DNA of 64,000 nt from Eledone cirrhosa (lineage: Eukaryota), in contig OZ024761.1 in NCBI GenBank assembly GCA_964016885.1, forward strand, positions 14,694,001 to 14,758,000. Direction: 5' to 3'. The position numbers and the translations under genes were made by a program. Position 1 is the stretch's first letter; each line of letters opens with the position of its first letter. Below, in pieces: positions 55,933 to 64,000 of this stretch. The notes beneath the pieces are model-generated. The model ran no database searches and was not told the origin of the DNA. It worked only from the letters and a program-made list of their open reading frames with translations.

Positions 55933-56360
55933 TGGTTTCTTATATAGGCACAAGGCCAGCATAATTTGGGGGAGGGGGAAGTCGATTAGATTGTGGCGGA
56001 GGGGAGGGGGTTAGTGGTGGTGGCGCTGATGGTGGTGGTGCTGCTGCTGGTGGTGGTTGTGGTGGTGCTGGTGGTGGTTGTGATGATGACAATATGATGA
56101 TGATCATGATTAGATTATAGTTATGGTTACATTAACGATGATGATGATGAAAATGGTTTCGATGATGGTGATAATGATAATGATGATGATGATGAAGGTT
56201 GCGATGATGATGATGATGATGATGATGATGTATCTGTATTTAGTGGGTGGTGGTGGTGGGGAGATGTCAGCTGAAATAATTAATTGATAATGACGAAAAG
56301 GAATATTACTGATACACGAACCAACCAACCGAACGTTGCATCTGTCTGTTTGTCTCTTGG

Positions 56361-56362
<2 letters not shown>

Positions 56363-56432
<70 letters not shown>

Positions 56433-56461
56433 GTGTGTATATATGTGTATATATATATGTA

Positions 56462-56500
<39 letters not shown>

Positions 56501-56513
56501 ATATATATATGTA

Positions 56514-56588
<75 letters not shown>

Positions 56589-56601
56589 ATATATATATGT
56601 A

Positions 56602-56648
<47 letters not shown>

Positions 56649-56661
56649 ATATATATATGTA

Positions 56662-56710
<49 letters not shown>

Positions 56711-56885
56711 ATATATGTGTATATATATATATGTATATATGTATATATATATATGTATATATGTATATATATATATATATATATGTATGTATATATATAT
56801 ATATGTATGTATATATATGTATATGTATGTATATATATATATATGTATGTATATATACGTATATATGTATGTATATATATATATG

Positions 56886-56916
<31 letters not shown>

Positions 56917-57294
56917 GTATATATATATATGTATATATGTATATATATATATGTATATATGTATATATATATGTATATATGTATATATATATATGTATAT
57001 ATGTATATATATATATATGTATATATATATGTATATATGTATATATATATATGTATATATGTATATATATATATATGTATGTATATATATATATGTATGT
57101 ATATATATATATATGTATGTATATATATATTTATATGTATATATATATGTATGTATATATGTATATATATATATATGTATATATGTATATATATATATAT
57201 GTATGTATATATATATGTATATATATATATATTTATATATATATAATATATATCTATATACATATATTAATATATATATATATATATATATATA

Positions 57295-57352
<58 letters not shown>

Positions 57353-57360
57353 GTGTGTAT
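56363..57360. repeat. ~1-kb (TA)n/(TATG) microsatellite
   Basis: Visible. Confidence 0.95.
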
Positions 57361-57486
57361 AACAACGGTAATATTTATATATGTATGTATGTATCTATGT
57401 ATATGTGAGTGTAATAACAATATCAATATTATATATATGTTTATGTGAGTCTCCTCTCCCCCTCTCTCTCTCTATATATATATATA

Positions 57487-57630
57487 GGAAAAAGTATGAC
57501 CCCGACGGCAGAGCTCAAGCCGTTTCGACGGCTATTTCTAGACTTTTCCTATTACCCACTTTACTACCCTAAGTATTTAGTACTCTGGTGCGTTATGTTC
57601 CATCTGGTTCCTTACCACAATTCCTTCGTT
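57487..57630. mobile_element. Diverged family-A element with internal deletion
   Basis: Same outer ends (ggaa... and ...ttccttcgtt); the inner part of the long arm is missing. Confidence 0.75.
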
Positions 57631-57637
57631 ATATGTC

Positions 57638-57713
<76 letters not shown>

Positions 57714-57829
57714 GAATTAAGGATACTATTTATGGTTATGTATATACTATGACCTTTTATAGTTATATATATTTTATACCCTAAATAGTGAAAGACAGTA
57801 ATTGATTACTATATTACTGATTCATGTAA

Positions 57830-57881
<52 letters not shown>

Positions 57882-57945
57882 TATATATATACATACACAC
57901 ACACACATACATACACACACACACAGACACACACATACACACACC

Positions 57946-57985
<40 letters not shown>

Positions 57986-58145
57986 GTGGAAATGAAAGAA
58001 CAAAACACAAGAGGCAATTGTACAGTTATATTAGGTTCACGCTTTATGGAAGTAGAGTATACACACACATATATATATATATACACACATACACATATAC
58101 GCACACACACATACACATATATATATACACACATACACATATACG

Positions 58146-58177
<32 letters not shown>

Positions 58178-58193
58178 CACATACACATATACG

Positions 58194-58248
<55 letters not shown>

Positions 58249-58421
58249 ACATATACGCACACACACACACATATATATATATACACACATACACATATAC
58301 GCACACACACACATATATATATATATATATACACATACACATATACGCACACACACACACATATATATATATATACACATATACGCACACACACACACAT
58401 ATATATATATACACATATACG

Positions 58422-58468
<47 letters not shown>

Positions 58469-58514
58469 ACATATACGCACACACACACATATATATATAT
58501 ACACATACACATAT

Positions 58515-58549
<35 letters not shown>

Positions 58550-58959
58550 TATATATATATACATATATATATAGCACAAGACCACGTACGCACACACATG
58601 CATACACAAACATGCATGCACACAAATACACACAAACACATACAAACACATACATACACATACACTCAGACACGTGCATATAGACACTGACATGCGCACA
58701 GACATAGACATAGGCACACATACATACACACACACAACCACCCACCCACACATACACATACATGCACTCACACGCGCACACACATATTTACGCACACACA
58801 CACACACATCAGACTATTGAGCAGTCATCCCAGGACTATCGTCTTCTCTATCAATTGCTCTTAATCACGTTATGACTTCACGTAAGTTTTGCAAAGAATC
58901 GATAGTTTGCAATTGATTAGCTGTTCAAATATCGATCAACGCACACTAATATCTTGCGT

Positions 58960-58992
<33 letters not shown>

Positions 58993-59011
58993 AATAATAA
59001 TAATAATAATG

Positions 59012-59665
59012 ATTTCACTCGTGAGCACGTCCTCGAGATACTTGAACTCCTCCACCTGCTTCAGTAGAACTCCTCTTGCATGTAGAATACACTGCGCAGG
59101 CGTCCTTGATAGGACGAGTACCTCAGTCTTCGCAGCACTCGGCAGCAAACCTATCAAGTGCTTATCAGAGATCACCTTCTTACGAGTGATAGAAGATAGG
59201 GGGAAGGTTAATTAAGTGCAAGAATTGCAGAGGCTGGTGCAGTAATACACCAGCTTCAGCTTTCGGTCATCAGAAGAAGGGAAGTTGGTGTAAAAACCAA
59301 ACTCGTTATCTTCAATTCGGTATTCATGATAACCCTTACCTATGGTCATGAGAGTCTTGAGTAATGACCGAAAGAATACGATCCCACATACAAGCGGCCG
59401 AAATAGGATTCCTCTGAAGAGTCTTTGGTGTAACATTAATCGATAGAGTCGCTCCAGGTAGTGCCGCTACTTCTCTGAATTTAAAGATCACAGCCCCGAT
59501 ACTATGGACATGTGGTTAGAATATCTCAGGAAAGAATCACTGGACAGACAGATTTTATAGGCAAAAACCAATCGGCAAGAGACCTAGGTGGTAAACAAGG
59601 AACAAGATGCTTGGATAACATCAATGAGCTTGGCTAGTCTCGCTTAGGGATCGAGCCGGATCAAT
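59012..59665 (+). mobile_element. RTE-clade LINE fragment with 5' inversion
   Basis: Minus 59012-~59175 reads AKTEVLVLSRTPAQC...LKQVEEFKYL..VLTSE; plus 59180-59665 continues TSD...ARIAEAGAV..TKL.IFNSVF...LTYGHES.VMTER...QAAEIGFL.RV.GVT...YGHVVR...GKRPR...SRLGIEP with stops and frameshifts. Confidence 0.85.
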
Positions 59666-59669
59666 TGCA

Positions 59670-60515
59670 GATGTAATATCAACAATGAAATGAATAATGG
59701 AAACATTGTTACCTTGGTCTGATCTGGTGATCAGCTCCTTTCTTCTGCCAGGAGTTGTGACTGACAGATAATATCAACAATGGAAAGATCAATAGAAACA
59801 TTGTTACCTTGGTCTCATCTGGGGATCAGCTCTTTCCGTCTGCCAGGAATTGTGACTGACAGATAATACTAGCAATCGAAAGACCAATAGAAACGTTGTT
59901 ACCTTGGTCTAGTCTTATGATCAGCTCCTTCCTTCTGCCGGGAATTGTGACTGACAGATAATACTAGCAATAGAAAGACCAATAGAAACATTGTTACCTT
60001 GGTCTGGTCTGGCGATCAGCTCCTTCCTTCTGCCAGGAGTTGTGACTGACAGATAGTATCAATAATGGAAAGACCAATGGAAACATTGTTACCTTGGTCT
60101 GATCTTATGATCAGCTCCTTCCTTCTGCCAGGAGATGTGACTAGCAGATAATATCAACAATGGAATGACCAATGAAAACATTGTTACCTTGGTCTCATCT
60201 GGTGAACAGGTCCTTTCTTCTGCCGGGAATTCTGACTGGTACTTAATATTAGCAATGGAAAGACCAACGGAAACATTGTTCCTTTAGTCTGATCTGATGA
60301 TCAGCTCGTTCCTTCTGCCAGTCACAACAACTGACATAATATCAGCAATGAAAAAAAAAATCAAATGAAAACATTGTTTTGTTTTGTTTTGTGGTGGTGG
60401 TGGTGGTGGTGGGAGGCGGCTGATCTGGTGATCAATTCCTTCTGTCTTTTGTTGTGACTGACAGTATCAGTAATGGAAAGACCAATGGAAATATAGTTTT
60501 CTTGGTCCAATCTGA
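59670..60515. repeat. 95-bp tandem repeat, ~8-9 diverged units
   Basis: ctgcc(a/g)g recurs at ~59745, 59840, 59935, 60030, 60125, 60220 and 60315. Confidence 0.9.
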
Positions 60516-60531
60516 CAATCTCCCTCTCTCG

Positions 60532-60609
<78 letters not shown>

Positions 60610-61229
60610 ATCTTTCTATCTCTCTCCTATAACTACAGATCAAACGCAATAAACTTCTCTACCGCCCACCTCTCTCTCTCTCCCCACCCTCTCTCTCTCT
60701 CTCCCTCCCTCCCTCTCTCTCTCTCATACACACACACACACACATACACTCCACGCTAACCAATACGCCATAGGTCGTTACACTTATCAATAGTTGGTCT
60801 AAAGCAGTCTGTACGCTGGTCCTTCAAAAACATCTCATCTTCTACAGTCTAACTGAGCAGACGATATGCACCAGAAACATCACCACTACTACTACCACTA
60901 CCACCACTACTACCACCACTACCACCACCATCACTTACACTAGCACCCCTACCACCACCATCCCTTACACTAGCACCACTACCACCACCATCACTTCCAC
61001 TACCACCACTACCACCACCATCACTTACACTAGCACCACTACTAACACTACTAACACCACCATCACTTACACTAGCACTACCACCACCATCACTTCCACT
61101 ACCACCACTACTACCACCACTACCACCAACATCACTTCCACTACCACCACTACCACCACCATCACTTACGCTAGCACCACAATCACTATCACTAACTCTA
61201 CTATCACCACCATTACTTCCACTAACACA

Positions 61230-63765
61230 ACCATCACAACCACCACAACCACACTCACTACCAGTAACTCCACTACTACCACCACCATCACAACCACACT
61301 CACTACCAGTAACTCCACTACTACCACCACCATCACAACCACCACAACCACACTCACTACCAGTAACTCCACTACTACCACCACCATCACAACCACCACA
61401 ACCACACTCACTACCAGTAACTCCACTACTACCACCACCATCACAACCACCACAACCACACTCACTACCAGTAACCCCACTACTACCACCACCATCACAA
61501 CCACCACAACCACACTCACTACCAGTAACCCCACTACTACCACCACCATCACAACCACCACAACCACACTCACTACCAGTAACTCCACTACTACCACCAC
61601 CATCACAACCACCACAACCACACTCACTACCAGTAACCCCACTACTACCACCACCATCACAACCACCACAACCACACTCACTACCAGTAACCCCACTACT
61701 ACCACCACCATCACAACCACCACAACCACACTCACTACCAGTAACTCCACTACTACCACCACCATCACAACCACCACAACCACACTCACTACCAGTAACC
61801 CCACTACTACCACCACCATCACAACCACCACAACTACACTCACTACCAGTAACCCCACTACTACCACCACCATCACAACCACCACAACCACACTCACTAC
61901 CAGTAACTCCACTACTACCACCACCATCACAACCACCACAACCACACTCACTACCAGTAACCCCACTACTACCACCACCATCACAACCACCACAACCACA
62001 CTCACTACCAGTAACTCCACTACTACCACCACCATCACAACCACCACAACCACACTCACTACCAGTAACTCCACTACCACCACCACCATCACAACCACCA
62101 CAACCACACTCACTACCAGTAACTTCACTACCACCACCACCATCACAACCACCACAACCACACTCACTACCAGTAACTCCACTACTACCACCACCATCAC
62201 AACCACCACAACCACACTTACTACCAGTAACTCCACTACTACCACCACCATCACAACCACCACAACCACACTCACTACCAGTAACTCCACTACTACCACC
62301 ACCATCACAACCACCACAACCACACTCACTACCAGTAACTTCACTACTACCACCACCATCACAACCACCACAACCACACTTACTACCAGTAACTCCACTA
62401 CTACCACCACCATCACAACCACCACAACCACACTCACTACCAGTAACTCCACTACTACCACCACCATCACAACCACCACAACCACACTCACTACCAGTAA
62501 CTTCACTACTACCACCACCATCACAACCACCACAACCACACTCACTACCAGTAACTCCACTACTACCACCACCATCACAACCACCACAACCACACTCACT
62601 ACCAGTAACTCCACTACTACCACCACCATCACAACCACCACAACCACACTCACTACCAGTAACTCCACTACTACCACCACCATCACAACCACCACAACCA
62701 CACTCACTACCAGTAACTCCACTACTACCACCACCATCACAACCACCACAACCACACTCACTACCAGTAACTTCACTACTACCACCACCATCACAACCAC
62801 CACAACCACACTTACTACCAGTAACTTCACTACTACCACCACCATCACAACCACCACAACCACACTTACTACCAGTAACTTCACTACTACCACCACCATC
62901 ACAACCACCACAACCACACTCACTACCAGTAACTCCACTACTACCACCACCATCACAACCACCACAACCACACTCACTACCAGTAACTCCACTACTACCA
63001 CCACCATCACAACCACCACAACCACACTTACTACCAGTAACTTCACTACTACCACCACCATCACAACCACCACAACCACACTTACTACCAGTAACTTCAC
63101 TACTACCACCACCATCACAACCACCACAACCACACTCACTACCAGTAACTCCACTACTACCACCACCATCACAACCACCACAACCACACTTACTACCAGT
63201 AACTCCACTACTACCACCACCATCACAACCACACTCACTACCAGTAACTCCACTACTACCACCACCATCACAACCACCACAACCACACTCACTACCAGTA
63301 ACTCCACTACTACCACCACCATCACAACCACCACAACCACACTCACTACCAGTAACTCCACTACTACCACCACCATCACAACCACCACAACCACACTCAC
63401 TACCAGTAACTCCACTACTACCACCACCATCACAACCATCACAACCACACTCACTACCAGTAACTCCACTACTACCACCACCATCACAACCACCACAACC
63501 ACACTTACTACCAGTAACTCCACTACTACCACCACCATCACAACCACCACAACCACACTTACTACCAGTAACTCCACTACTACCACCACCATCACAACCA
63601 CCACAACCACACTCACTACCAGTAACCCCACTACTACCACAACCACCACAACCACACTCACTACCAGTAACTCCACTACTACCACCACCATCACAACCAC
63701 CACAACCACACTCACTACCAGTAACTCCACTACTACCACCACCATCACAACCACCACAACCACTA
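61230..63765. repeat. 60-bp VNTR, ~42 highly homogeneous units
   Basis: Unit cactcactaccagtaactccactactaccaccaccatcacaaccaccacaacca with few variants. Confidence 0.95.
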
Positions 63766-63855
63766 ACAACAACAACAACACCATACTATATAGTTATGTA
63801 CCGTAATACATGTAGTGTCTTAACCTAGGCTTAACTTAAACTCTTATTGTCGTGG

Positions 63856-63904
<49 letters not shown>

Positions 63905-63938
63905 TATATGTGTGTATATATGTGAGTGTGTGTGTGTA

Positions 63939-63978
<40 letters not shown>

Positions 63979-64000
63979 TGTATGCATGTGTATATATATA

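Noticed and set aside
59255-59280. Minus-strand CTGATGAccGAAA
   Set aside because: No stem II; it lies inside RTE coding sequence and is a chance match.
59670-60515. 95-bp array as a CRISPR or as tandem hammerheads
   Set aside because: There are no unique spacers and the context is eukaryotic. CTGRTGA and GAAA-stem-TH occur, but stem II does not close next to GAAA and stem I is only 2-3 bp.
61166-63784. 872-aa Val-rich minus-strand ORF
   Set aside because: Antisense reading of the 60-bp VNTR; implausible as a protein.

Overview
Eukaryotic, AT-rich window saturated with microsatellites. The SINE and repeat content resembles an octopus/coleoid cephalopod genome (inference). No host protein-coding exon can be confidently recognised, and almost all listed ORFs are artefacts of simple repeats. 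Between the microsatellites lie two tRNA-derived SINE families, hAT/piggyBac/Tigger/Helitron-type non-autonomous DNA elements, RTE-, R4/Dong- and CRE-like LINE fragments, several VNTRs and short CpG-containing islands with YY1/ETS/NRF1/E-box/CRE motifs. The main signal is a dense set of Penelope-like element (PLE) remnants. Two GIY-YIG endonuclease fragments and about 19 intact or decayed hammerhead-ribozyme (HHR) motifs are visible. Many sit in head-to-head asymmetric palindromes inserted into (TA)n tracts. Four diverged HHR variants share stem I and a conserved C.Y mismatch at stem II position 4, and one family carries a compensatory U3-A8 core. All assignments are by eye; no database search or folding computation was run.
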